Below, piece after piece: positions 48,151 to 60,195 of a stretch of DNA of 64,000 nt. The notes under the pieces are model-generated. The model saw only the letters and a list, made by a program, of their open reading frames with translations, was not told where the DNA came from and searched no databases. Each line of letters begins with the position of its first letter. Positions within the stretch are counted from its first letter, which is position 1. Position numbers and translations under genes: made by a program. Source of the DNA: Mobula hypostoma. Taxonomy: Eukaryota. The stretch spans positions 19,966,001 through 20,030,000 of the forward strand of contig NC_086097.1 in NCBI RefSeq assembly GCF_963921235.1, in the 5' to 3' direction.

Positions 48151-49410
48151 ATAAGACCATAATATATAGAAACAGAATTAGGCCATTTGGCCCATCAAGT
48201 CTGCTACACTGTTTCATCATGGCTAATCCAATTTTCCTCTCAGCCGCAATCTCCTACCTTCTCCCCATATCTCTTCATGCCCTGACCAATCAAGAATTTA
48301 TCAACCTCTGCCTTAAATATATGTAAAGACTTGGCCTCCACAGCTGCCTGTGGGAAAGAATTCCGCAGATTCACCACTCTCTGACTAAAGAAATTCTTCT
48401 TCATCTCTGTTCTAAAAAGACACCTCTCTATGTTGAGGCTGTGACCTCTGGTCTTAGATTTTCCCACCATAGGAAACATCCTCTCCACTTCTACTCTATC
48501 AAGGTCTTTCACCATTCAATAGGTTTCCATGAATTCTAGTGAATACAGGCCCAGAGTCATCAAATGCTCTTCATATGACAAGCCATTCAATCCTAGAATC
48601 ATTTTTGTGACCTTCCTTTGAACCGTCTCCAGTTTCAGCATATCCTAAGATAAGAGGCCCAAAACTGCTCACACTATTCCAAGAGAGGCCTCATCAGTAC
48701 TTTAAAAAGTCTCAACATTACATCCTTGCTTTTATATTGTAGTCCTCTTGAAATGAATGCTAACATCGCATATGCCTTCCTCACCACAGACTCAACCTTT
48801 ATGGCACTCTGCACAAGGACTCCCAAGCTCCTTTGTGCCTCATTTTTTTGTATTGTTTCTCCCTTTAGAAAGTAGTCAATCCTTTCATTTTTTTCTACTA
48901 AAGTGCATGACCATACACTTCTGACACTGCATTCCATCTGCCACTTCTTTGCCCATTCTCCTCATCTGTCTAAGTCCTTCTGTAGCCTCTCTACTTCCTC
49001 AAAACTACCTGCCCCTCCACCAACTTTCATATCGCCTGCTAACTTTGCCACAAAGCCACCAATTCAGTCATCCAAATCATTGACATATTACATAAGAAGA
49101 ATCGGCTGGCTACCACGAGCCACCAGCGGCCAACCAGAAAAGGCTCCCTTTATTTCCACTCTTTGCCTCCTGCCAATCAGCCACTGCTTCATCCATGCTA
49201 CAATCTTTCCTCTAATACCATGGGCTCATAGCCTGTTAAGCAGCCTCACGTGTGGCACCTTGTCAGAGGCCTTCTGAAAAATTGAAGTGCACAACATCAA
49301 CCAATTCTCCTTTGTCTATCCTGCTTATTATTTCTTCAAAGAATTCCAACGGATCTGTCGGTTTTTGATTTTCCCTTGAGGAAACCATGCCTACTACAGC
49401 CTATTTTATC
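48150..49410 (-). mobile_element. CR1 LINE 3' portion
   Basis: SKTRGHSL...FFSQRVVNL; VVRKAYAMLAFISRGLQYKSKDVMLRL. Confidence 0.85.
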
Positions 49411-49974
49411 ATATGCCTATAATTTCCTTTCTTCTGCCTCTCTGCCTTCTTTGCCCATTCTCCTATTCTGTCAAAGTCCTTCTGCAAACTCACTGCTTCA
49501 ACACTACCTATCCCTCCACCTATTATCCAGAACCTCGACCACAACAACAATTGACTCCATTTCGCCAATTAAAGCTTCACTGGGCGCTAATTAAAGAGAT
49601 GAGGGACATTGAAGCATCGAGGCGAATGTGGAGAGTGAGCGCTGGCTGTCTGTCTTTTTGATCGCTCTGTACTGGAGAGGGGTGAGCCTGCTGCAGTGCC
49701 TGGAGGGTGTTGCCCAGGTTTTCTGCCCAGGATGTGGTCTATAGACGTTTTATCCAGTCTTAATAGTTTTTTTTATATTCTGTGTTTTTCATCAGATCTT
49801 TCTTTTTTTTGTGTAGGTGGGGGATTTGGGGGGGGTCAATGTGCTGTTCTATTTTGCTTGCTTTTTGTGCAGGGAGGTGGGAGTTGGGGGTCGATGATTG
49901 CACTGCCTTTCTTTTCTTTCTTGTTTTCATGGCTACCTGGAGAAGAATAATTTCAGAGTTGTACAAGGCCAAAA

Positions 49975-51295
49975 GAGATAGGAGTAGAATTAGGCCATTT
50001 GTCCCATCGAGTCTGCTCTGCCATTTAATCGTGGCTGGTCCTTTATTCCCCTCCTCAGCCCCAATTCCCAGCCTTCTCCCCAAAACCTTTGATGCTGTGT
50101 CCAATCAAGAACCTATCAAGTTCTGCCTTAAATACATCCAACGACCTGGCCTCCACAGCTGCCTATGGTAATAAATTCCACAGATTCGCCAGAGATGCAG
50201 AGCACACGCGGCCTCTCCGGTGAATGAATCATATCTGTTATCTGTCAAGTAGGGGACCGTGCACAATTCTGATTTGATGGAGACAGGCGTGAGAGTACGG
50301 AGGAACATCTGGAAAACTTCTGAAATGCCCGCTTCACTGCCGCTGCTATTGTGTGGTAACCGGAATCTCCAGAGCAGAAGGTCCTGAAATCCTCCGCTTT
50401 GCGTGTTTCAGCGGCCGGGGCGAGGTCGAAGGCGCTCAGCAGAGGATGGCGCTCGGGAGGCTGTATTGAAGCGGCTGGTCGGAGGCTCGAAGTTTTCGGA
50501 CAGACGGACTGGGTGTCGGCTTTGGTCAGCTGCTTCCAAGGCATCGGCAAGTTGACAGTGCTTGGAGGTTTATGGCAGGCAGTTTCTCCCTTTTTCTGCC
50601 TGCTATCAGGAACTCGGGAGTCAATTGACTCGGGGACTTTGAGACTATTTTTACCGTGCCTATGGTTTGTTCTTCATCAAATTATGGTACTGTTTTGCAC
50701 TGCTGTAACTACATGTTATAATTATGTGGTTCTAGTCAGTGCTGGTCTTTGGTTTGTCCTGTTTTCTGTGATATCACTCCGGAGAAACATTGTATCATTT
50801 CTTAATGCATGTATGCATTTCTAAATGACAATAAAAGAGGACTGAGTGTTCTCATAATCTAAATCTAAGTGAATACCCCTCTATTCTGAGCCTGTGCCCT
50901 CTTGTCCTAGACTCCCCCCAGTGGGAAACAACCTTTCCACGTCTTCTCTGTCTAGGCCTTTCAAAATTCAAAAGGTTTCAATGCGATCACCCCTCATCCT
51001 TCTAAATTCCCGTGAGTACAGACCCAAAGCCTCAAATATTCTTTGTATGATAACCCTTTCATTCTTGGAATCATCCTTGTGATCCTCCTCTGAACCCTCT
51101 CCAATGCCAGCACATCTTTTCTTTGATGAGGAGCTGTTCACAATACTCAAGGTGAGGCCTCACCAGTGCCTTATAAAGCCTCAGCATCACAACCCTGTTC
51201 TTGTATTCTAGGCCTCTTGAAATGAATGCTAACATTGCATCTGCCTTCCTCACCACCGACTCCACCTGCAAGTTAACCTTTAGGGTGTTCTGCCA
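49975..51295 (-). mobile_element. CR1 3' portion split by the 50191-50868 insertion
   Basis: VVRKADAMLAFISRGLEYK..LYKALVRPHLEYC; 3' UTR at 49975-50190. Confidence 0.8.
50191..50868 (+). mobile_element. Non-coding CpG-rich retroelement, copy 1
   Basis: Colinear with 54055-54683; ends AATGACAATAAAAGAGGACTG...ATAATCTAAATCTAA. Confidence 0.75.
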
Positions 51296-51642
51296 CCCTC
51301 TGGCTGGGTAGCCTCCAACCTGATGGCATGAGTATCGATTTTTCCTTCCGGTAACAAAAATTTTCCCTCCCCCTCCCCTCTCCTTCTATTCCCCACTCTG
51401 GTCTCTTACCTCCTCTCGCCTGCCATCAACTCCCCTGGGTTCCCTCCTCCTTCCCTACTTTGAGAATAAGTGAACCTTAGAACAAAACCATCAATTCCAT
51501 CATCCAAATCATTGACGTATGACATATAATGTGGAAAGAAGCAGTTTCAACACGAACTCCTGTGGAACACCATTAGTCACTGAAAGTCAACCAGAAAAAA
51601 CACACACACACATAAAACAGTTGAGCTGCAATCTCAAGGCAG

Positions 51643-51659
51643 TGCTGCCATCTTGTGGT
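51643..51659 (-). promoter_or_regulatory. Candidate CTCF core motif
   Basis: Minus strand ACCACAAGATGGCAGCA closely fits CCASYAGRKGGCRS; motif match only. Confidence 0.3.
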
Positions 51660-52209
51660 GAAGCTGACACCCTAACAATCAATTCACTGAACTTCATTCA
51701 ACACAGATACACAGAAAGCTCCACCACTTTGTTGAAGAGTGGGCCTTTTGTGATTTGCGTTTACCAAGTGTAGAATGTGCAATCTCTTTGTAAAAACATA
51801 ACCCAATTATGCAAGCTCTGACAGATTTACTATAGACTGGGAGAGAAAAAAGGTTAGGGTTCTCCAGATACACACAAAATAATTAATGAAAATCAATCAA
51901 CTAAAATTAAAAGACCACTGGTATGCTTAATGTTAATTGTCCAGCTGGGTCCATCTTAATCATGAGAGTTTTAGCCTGAACACAATGCATTATGATCCTC
52001 TCCAGACACCAAACTCTTTTTCAAACCTTCCACCTTTTAACTTTCCAATACCTCCTGATTCCAACAAAGCGCAGGATAGTTCGATATTAGCATTGTCCTG
52101 GAGTGCTGTGTAACCCTCTGATTCAGGTTCATGTCTGCTACGTATGAACTCACTCAGATCCAAACCTGAAGTATCAAGTATGTCACCTTGGATCCAAATA
52201 CAAGAAAAC

Positions 52210-52760
52210 TAAAATAAGAACAGAAATGGAAGCAGGAAGAGCATATTAGACCTCTTAGGTACGCTCCACTCAGTAGATGACTTAAACAGCACTACTTTTC
52301 TATGTAATCTCCTATACCTTTGATTCTATTTATATCCAAAAATATTGATTTCCATCTTGAAGATACTCAGTGCCTGAAACTCCATAGCCTTCTTGGTCAC
52401 TGAATTCTAAAAATGATTACTGCACGGATACAGAAAGGTTTTCTCAGTTGAATTTTGAAATGTCACCTTTTTAGTCTAAGGTTGTGACCCCCTAGTTTTA
52501 ATCATTACAGCCAGGAAGAATCTTATACTATCATACTTTATACTAGGAACTTAGTCACCTCTTACTTTTCTGAACACAAGAGGATAATCCACCACAAACC
52601 CATGCCAGAAATCAAGAGAGTAAAGCTTTGAAAATTTCCTCTCGTCCAAGATAGGGAGGCCAGACCTGCATGTAATGTCCCAGGCAATCTCAGCTGAGCC
52701 ATATACAAGAAACTTTTTTCTTCTTGTACTTACATATTGCAATAAGTTTAAAGGAAAGAG
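52210..52760 (-). mobile_element. Old CR1 3' portion
   Basis: Decayed CTAAGGTTGTGACCCCTAGTTTTA block and CR1 tail. Confidence 0.55.
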
Positions 52761-53019
52761 AAACCTAATACCACAAAATATGAAGAGGTGACCTCAGTAA
52801 AACAAATTTTGTTGCACTTACACACCACATTCCTCTCAAACCCAAAATCTTTCAACATTTAAAAACACGGCTTTCCTTTTTCTCCCCTCATTACATCAGC
52901 CACATCCTCAAGCATTTATTAATCCTATCTAATACTCCAATGCCCAAAATTTCTCTGCAGCCCTTTGTATCATAAACAAATGAGGATATATTATACATGG
53001 TCTCCTCAAGCATATCATT

Positions 53020-53690
53020 GCCATAGACTGTGAATATTTTATACTTTATTGTCGCCAAACAATTGATACTAGAACGTACGATCATCACAGCGATATTTGA
53101 TTCTGTGCTTCCCGCTCCCTGGATTACAAATCAATAGTAAATATTAAAAATTTAAATTATAAATCATAAATAGAAAATAGAAAAATGGAAAGTAAGATAG
53201 TGCAAAAAAACTGAGATGCAGGTCCGGATATTTGGAGGGTACGGGCCAGATCCAGGTCAGGATCCGTTCAGTAGTTTTATCACAGTTGGAAAGAAGCTGT
53301 TCCCAAATCTGGCCATACGAGTCTTCAAGCTCCTGAGCCTTCTCCCGGAGGGAAGAGGGACGAAAAGTATGTTGGCTGGGTGGGTCGTGTCCTTGATTAT
53401 CCTGGCAGCACTGCTCCGACAGTGTGCAGTTTAAAGTGAGTCCAAGGACGGAAGATTGGTTTGTGCTGCGTCCTGTTCACAATTTTCTGCAGCTTCTTCC
53501 GATCTTGGACAGGACAACTTCCATACCAGGTTGTGATGCACCCTAGAAGAATGCTTTCTACAGTGCATCTATAAAAATCAGTGAGGGTTTTAGGGGACAG
53601 GCCAAATTTCTTTAGTTTTCTCAGGAAGTAACGGCGCTGGTGGGCCTTTTTGGCAGTGGACTCTGCTTGGTTGGACCAAGTCAGGTCATA
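53020..53690 (-). mobile_element. Rex1/Babar LINE 3' end, relatively young
   Basis: AKKAHQRRYFLRKLKKFGLSPKTLTDFYRCTVESILLGCITTWYG. Confidence 0.85.
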
Positions 53691-54054
53691 GCTAGGAACT
53701 CTGGATTGATCGGAACTCCATATCAAACAGAAAAGCCTACAAATAGTGGATACTGACATTCTCTTCACTCTTTCTGCCCTGCTACTTCTCTCTGCAACTG
53801 GAAACTTGTTTTACCTCCAGCTTTTCTGTGTTCTGATGAAAGGTCATTGTCTTGAAATGTCAGCTCCACTGCTACTGTGTGACCTCATGAATATTCTCAC
53901 CATTTTCTATTTTATGTCACCTTGGAGCCACATCAACAACACCTCTCCCAATGAGGCCACTTCAACTTACGTTATTTTGCTTTCTCTTTATCAGTTCTGC
54001 CTAAAGTTCTTAGATCACAGAAAGTGTTTCTTTTTGAATACACGCTACCTAAAG

Positions 54055-54683
54055 GAGGGAGGAGAAGATGGCGGCGCGACACAGCGCACGCGGCCGTTCT
54101 AAATGATATCGTGTGTGTTAACTAGGGGCCGTGCACAATCCTGATTTAATAGAGACAGCCGTGAGAAGCACAGAGGAACACCTGGAGAAACTTCTGAAAT
54201 GCCCACTTCGCTGCTGCTGCTACTGTGCGATCGAGAATCTCCGGAGGGGAAGGTCCCAAATCCTCGGCTTTGCCTACTGCATGTTGCCGGGGCCGGGGTC
54301 GAAACACTCGGCAGAGATGGTGCTCGGTGCTCGGTGTCAGAGAGCTGGTCGGAGGCTCGGAGTTTTCCGATGGACTCGGAGTTGGACTGTGGTTGGACGC
54401 TTCATTGGCAAGTTTGCGGGGCTGGAGGTTCACCATCTGCGTGAGATGATGGGACTTTCGAAAGACTTTGAGAGTTTTTACCGTGCCCATGGTCTGTTCT
54501 TTATCAAATTATGGCATTATAACTATATGTTATAACTGTGGTTTTTGTCAGTTTTTCAGTCGGTTTGTCCTGTGTTTCTGTGATATCATTCTGGAGAAAC
54601 ATTGTATCATTTCTTAATGCATGCATTACTAAATGACAATAAAAGAGGACTGTGTGTCCTCATAATTTAATCTAATCTAATCT
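54055..54683 (+). mobile_element. Non-coding CpG-rich retroelement, copy 2
   Basis: Starts GAAGATGGCGGCG (YY1-like); ends AATAAA and (AATCT)n. Confidence 0.75.
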
Positions 54684-55244
54684 GCTGAATGTTTCTAATA
54701 TCTTTTTATTTTTAAGAAAGTAAAACGTGCATGCCCGGCTCCGTACTTGTCCAACACTACCAGCTTCTGCTTGGATTCTGAATTGGAAGATTGCAGGTTT
54801 AAAGCTCCTCTGCAGAAACATACATTTCATCCCCCTCGTGGACCGGGAGAATGAAGGGCATGTCACTGTGAGGAAGTTCAAGCGCAAGTGCAACTCTAAG
54901 GATTTGCAGCCAACAAATGGAGGTGCCTCCTTCCCTTTTTTGAGACGAAAGGGTTTTTGTAGTGTTGCAGGAAGAACTGATCCCAGGACAAACAGATTAT
55001 CCCTACACTAAATATATTTGAAGCGAACACTGAAGTAATGCACTGTTAAATTATACAGGAACAGCTGAAACAGTGCAAACACCTTTTAAGTGCAAGACAT
55101 CGTCTTCGCTTTTCCCCAGCAACACATTGTAATAGCATGCTTTCCCCAAATATACATTTCTATGAGGAAAGTTTGAATAAAAACAGTACATTACAGCTTC
55201 AATTCACTGTAGAATTGAATCTATCCTTTCATTCAATGTCGATG

Positions 55245-55386
55245 CAACACGCATCAAAGTTGCTGGTGAATGTCGACTGTACCTCTTCCAATAGATGCTG
55301 CCTGGCCTGCTGCGTTCACCAGCAACTTTGATGTGTGTTGGTTGAATTTCCAGCATCTGCAGAATTCCTCGTGTTTGCGTTTTTAA
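55245..55386 (+). mobile_element. Mini-PLE with short inverted end
   Basis: CAACACGCATCAAAGTTGCTGGTGAA / TTCACCAGCAACTTTGATGTGTGTTG; 14-bp TSD ATTCAATGTCGATG (55231-55244, 55387-55400). Confidence 0.85.
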
Positions 55387-57637
55387 ATTCAATGTCGATG
55401 ATTGGACTCCAACCACTGTTAGTTTTTTTATTGTCAAGGTACATGATGATAATTTGTGGATATTCATAGCAGCAACAGGAATATAGTGCGATTTAAAAAT
55501 CACAATTTTTAATATAGGGCTTTCATTGCCTTTATAGCTTTAAGATTCCTTAACCCTTTACTGAGATTACCTTTGAATAAATCAGTTGAATATTCGTGAA
55601 ACTCTAAAATCATGTGGCAATAAAAATTTCTATTAAATCAACTTCCAGCCATTCCTTAATAATTGCTGTAATTATGTTCCAAACATTATTCCTTCAGTGT
55701 GAATGCTATCAGACATCAATATTGAAGGCCTTTTCCAGTCATCATTATTGCTTTTAAAATTGGACCAAAACAATTTCAATGTTATTGTAATTTTGCTTTC
55801 ATTTGACAGTTGTAAATCCTGCAAGTATTATTCTGACAATTTAGGAAATCCACAAAACAGCTCAATTAGTGTCTTGTAATCATTCCCAGGGATCCATTAT
55901 ATTCTGTATTATTATAAGTTCATGTGGATCATTATACATATTGCTCACAACGATGACAATACAACAGCTTCAATCAATCTTCAAGCAGTAGGCAGTGTCT
56001 ATTTTATAATATGCTATGACATTACATATTCTTCTTTCCTATTGCCATTCAAGATTTTTTAGTTTATAATTCTCTATTTTCTAACCAGAAGAAATACCCA
56101 AAGTGATTGCTTTTCCTATACCTTTCACATCTCCCAAATCTGCAAAAAAAAATCATACTCTTAGGGTTGCTCCAAATAAATTCTCTATAGCCAATATTCT
56201 ACAACACTCAGCTTTAGATTTGTGATATGAATCAGTCCAGTGGTATGATTCTGGGAACCACCTAAAGTCAAGAAATCATTATATGTAGACAAGTTCCCTT
56301 AAGACCAATCTTGTTCCAATGAATAGCAGCACAACTTTTACTCAATGAGGCAAAGTATGTTTGAAAAGCAGGACTTCATGCCTGGCACAAAGCTCATGCT
56401 CTACCAAGCAATACAGATCCCCATTTTTCTGTACTTCAGTGTCATGATCTACTTACAACAGGCTCCTTAAAGCACTGGAGAAATACTACCAAAAATGTCA
56501 ACACAAATTAGATTTATTGCCATTATCCTCTGTCAGGCCAATATCTTCAGCATTAAAAGGCTCAAATTACCCTCAGCCAGATCCAATGGGTAGAGTGTCT
56601 GGTTTGAGACATTCATCCTTTGCATCTCTCAAACCTTCTTTAATAAAATTGAAGAAATCATTGATTCCTGGGAAACCATGGCTTTTGAGTGACAAAAGTG
56701 AAGGATGAGTAACCAGAAGGACTCTGAAAACCTCAAGTCACTTCAACAGGAAAATGTGCAATCCAAGTGGAAGAGGTGCAGCAGCTCCCAACTCTACAGG
56801 CACCACCTATGCTACAGAAATTGTCCAAGAAGGATAAGACAACAAGAACACTGTTTCAACCACAGCTCATATTCTGACCCAATTGTTATAATTATTGAAT
56901 ATGGAAGTTATATTTTGCTGCTACTATGGCTTTTTGGATATCATTTCAAGGTCTATATACTTCGACTGTATGCACTACATCCAACAGGTTTCAAAGAGCG
57001 GGCCTTAATGTTTATATTTTCCTCACATCATAACTAAGCATAGATCACAAAGCTATTTGTATTCACAATGACCATCTCAATTTATGCCATATCATGCTTA
57101 AGCCAGTGAAGGTGGATGATGGGAACTCTCTAATCATCACTATAGGTCCTCTCCAGGTTACTATAGAGAGCCTATATAAACAAATGTGCATTTGGAAGAC
57201 CAATGAGATGGATTTTCTCGCTGTTGCAAGGCTGCTGGCATCTTCTACCCCCTGGATAGATGGCTGCATTTATAACCTATAAACAGCTGGGTTACGAACA
57301 GTTCACGAGAGAATTCATTTAAAAGAGAAATCAGGAGGGCTATTTAAGGGCATGAGGTTGCTCTGGCAAGCAAGATGAAAGAATTCAAATAATTTCTATA
57401 GCTATAGTAAGAGTAAATGGATAACAAGGGAATCCTCTTGAAGATCAGTGTGGTCACCTATGCATGGAGCTGAAACAGATAGGGGAGATTTTAAATGATT
57501 TTTTTGCATCCATATTTATTCAGGATACAGAGACTACAGAATGGAGGCAAAAGGGTAGTGAGGTCATGGACTGTATCCAGATTACTGAACAAGTGGCATT
57601 TGCTGTCTTGAGGTGAATTAGGTGCATAAATCACCAG

Positions 57638-58615
57638 CAACACACACAAAAGGCTGGAGGAACTCAGCAGGCCAGGCAGCATCCATAATAAAAAGTACAG
57701 TCAACATTTCGGGCTGAGACCCTTTGGCAGGACTGGAAAAAAAAAAGATGAGTAGATTTAAAAGGAGGGAGAGGGGAAAAAGAAACATAAGGTGATAGGT
57801 GAAACTGGGAGGGGGGATGAAGTGAAGAGCAGGGAAGTTGATTAGTGATAGAGATACAGGGCTGGAGAAGGGGGAGTCTGACATGAGAACAAGAGGCGAC
57901 ACTTCACCAGTGAGTCTGTGGGGTCATCCACTGTTACCGGTGCTCTCGGTGTGGCCTCCTGTATATCTGTGAGACACGTCATAGATTGGGAGACTGTTTC
58001 TCCGAGCACCTACACTCCGTCCGCCAGAAGAAGCAGGATCTCCCAGTGGCCACCTAATATAATTCCACTTCCCATTCCAATACGTCAATCCACAGCCTCC
58101 TCTACTGTCTCGATGAGGCCACACTCAGGATGGAGGAACAACACCTTATATTCATCTGGGTAGCCTCCAATCTGATAGCATGAACATGGATTTCTCAAAT
58201 TTCTGGTACTGGCAACCTCCCCCACCCATCTCCTTAATCCCCTTTTCCCTCTCCCTCCTTGCCGACCCATCACCTCACTCTCGTGCTCCTCCCTTTTCTT
58301 TCTTCCACGGCCTTCTGTTCTCTCTTGTCGGACTCCCCCTTCTCCAACCGTGTATCTCTTCCACCAATCAACTTCCTAGCTCTTTATTCATCCATCCCCT
58401 TCCCGGTTTCACCTATCACCTTGCATTTCTTTCTCCCCTCTCCCAGCTTCTAAATCTACACATCTTTTTTTCCCTTAGTCCTGCTGAAGGGTCTCCACCC
58501 AAAATGCTGACTGTACTTTTTTTTCCCCCCATTGTTACTGCCCGGCCTGCTGAGTTCCTCCAGCATTTTGTGTGTGTTGCTCGGATTTCCAGCATCTGCA
58601 GATTTTTTCTTGATT
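57638..58615 (+). mobile_element. PLE (GIY-YIG relic) with about 250-bp inverted terminal copy, inserted in a CR1
   Basis: 16-bp TSD GTGCATAAATCACCAG / GTGCGTAAATCACCAG (57622-57637, 58616-58631); MNMDFSNF ORF end. Confidence 0.88.
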
Positions 58616-59034
58616 GTGCGTAAATCACCAGGGCTTGGTGAAGTGTCCTCTCACATCTTGCATGAAACTGAGGGGTTGGGGGGGGGGGGGAAGGTGGGGT
58701 GTGCTGTAGCAGACAGCAAGGAAGGCCATCACAGCTTGCGAAGAGATCTCTGGACCAACTGGGAATACAGGCTGAAAAATGGCAAATGAAATTTAGTGCA
58801 GACCAGTGTGAGATGTTGCACTTCGGGAAGGCAAACAAGAGTAAGCCTTACAGTGAATGTTAGAGCTCTGAGGCATGCAGCAGAAAAGGACTTCAAGGAA
58901 CCTGGGATAGATCTTTAAAATGTCCTTAGTCACAGGTGAGATCCTGGAGGACTAGAGTATAGTTAATGTTGTTCTATCGTTTAAAAAAAGGCTTTAAACA
59001 TAAGCCAAGAAATTATAGGCCGACGAAATTATAC

Positions 59035-59925
59035 ACCCAACAACCTGGCCTCCACGGCTGCCTGTGGTAATAAATTTCACAAATTCACCACACCCTGGCT
59101 AAAGAAATTTCTTTGCATCTGTTTTAAATGGACGCCCCTCTATCCTGAGGCTATGTCCTCTAGTCCTCGGCTCACCCACCATGGGAAACATCCTTTCCAC
59201 ATCTATTCTATCAAGAACTTTCAACATTCAAAAAGTTTCAATGAGATCCCCCCTCAGCCTCGTAAGTTCCAACGAGTACAGACCAAGAACCATCAAACAT
59301 TCCTTATACGATAACCCCTTACTGTAACAGTAATGAAAACCAATTTCCCCAGGGATTAATAAAGTATGACTATGACTTTCACTCCCAGGATCATCCTTGT
59401 GAACTTCCTCTGAACCCTCTCCACTGCCAGCACATTTTTTCCTAGATGAGGAGCCCAAAACTGTTCACAATACTCAAGGTGAGGCCTCACCAGTGCCTTA
59501 TAAAGTCTCAGCATCACATCCCTGCTCTTGTATTCTAGACCGCTTGAAATGAAGGCCAACATTGCATTTGCTTTCTTTGCTACAGAATCAACCTGTAAAT
59601 TAACCTTCTGGGACTCTTATACAGGACTCCCAAGTCCCTCTGCAACGCTGATGTTTGAACCTCCTCCCCATTTAGATAATAGTTGCACTATTGTTCCATT
59701 TACCAAAATGCATTATCGCACATTTCCCAACACTGTATTCCATCTGCCACTTTTTTGCCCATGCTTCCGATTTGTCTTAGTCCTGTTGCAATTGCTTTGC
59801 TTCCTCAGCACTACCTACCCCTCCACCTATCTTCGTAACATCTGCAAACTTGGCCACAAAGCCAAATCATTGATAAACAATGTGAAAAGTAGTGGTCCCA
59901 ACACTGATCTCCAAGGAACACCAGT
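59035..59925 (-). mobile_element. CR1 LINE 3' portion
   Basis: MLAFISSGLEYKSRDVMLRLYKALVRPHLEYCEQFWAPHL. Confidence 0.85.
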
Positions 59926-60195
59926 GTCACTGGAATGTTGGAGAGTGAAGGGTGACATTATAAGAGGTACACAAAATTGAGGGATATAGGCAGAGTGAAT
60001 TCTTGCAGGCTTTTTCTCCTCAGGTTGGGCAACACTAGAGCTGGATGTCTAAGGTGAAAGGTGAAATACTTAAGGAAGATATGAGAGGGAGCTTCTTCAT
60101 TCAGAGGACATATGGAATGAGCTACCAGAAGTGGCAGATGCAAGTTTGATGGTAACATCCAAGAGAAGTTTGGACAGCACATGGATGAGAAAGGT

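Noticed and set aside
50245..50824. ORFs within the CpG-rich element (also 54131-54535)
   Set aside because: Frames are not maintained between the two copies and no domain is recognisable.
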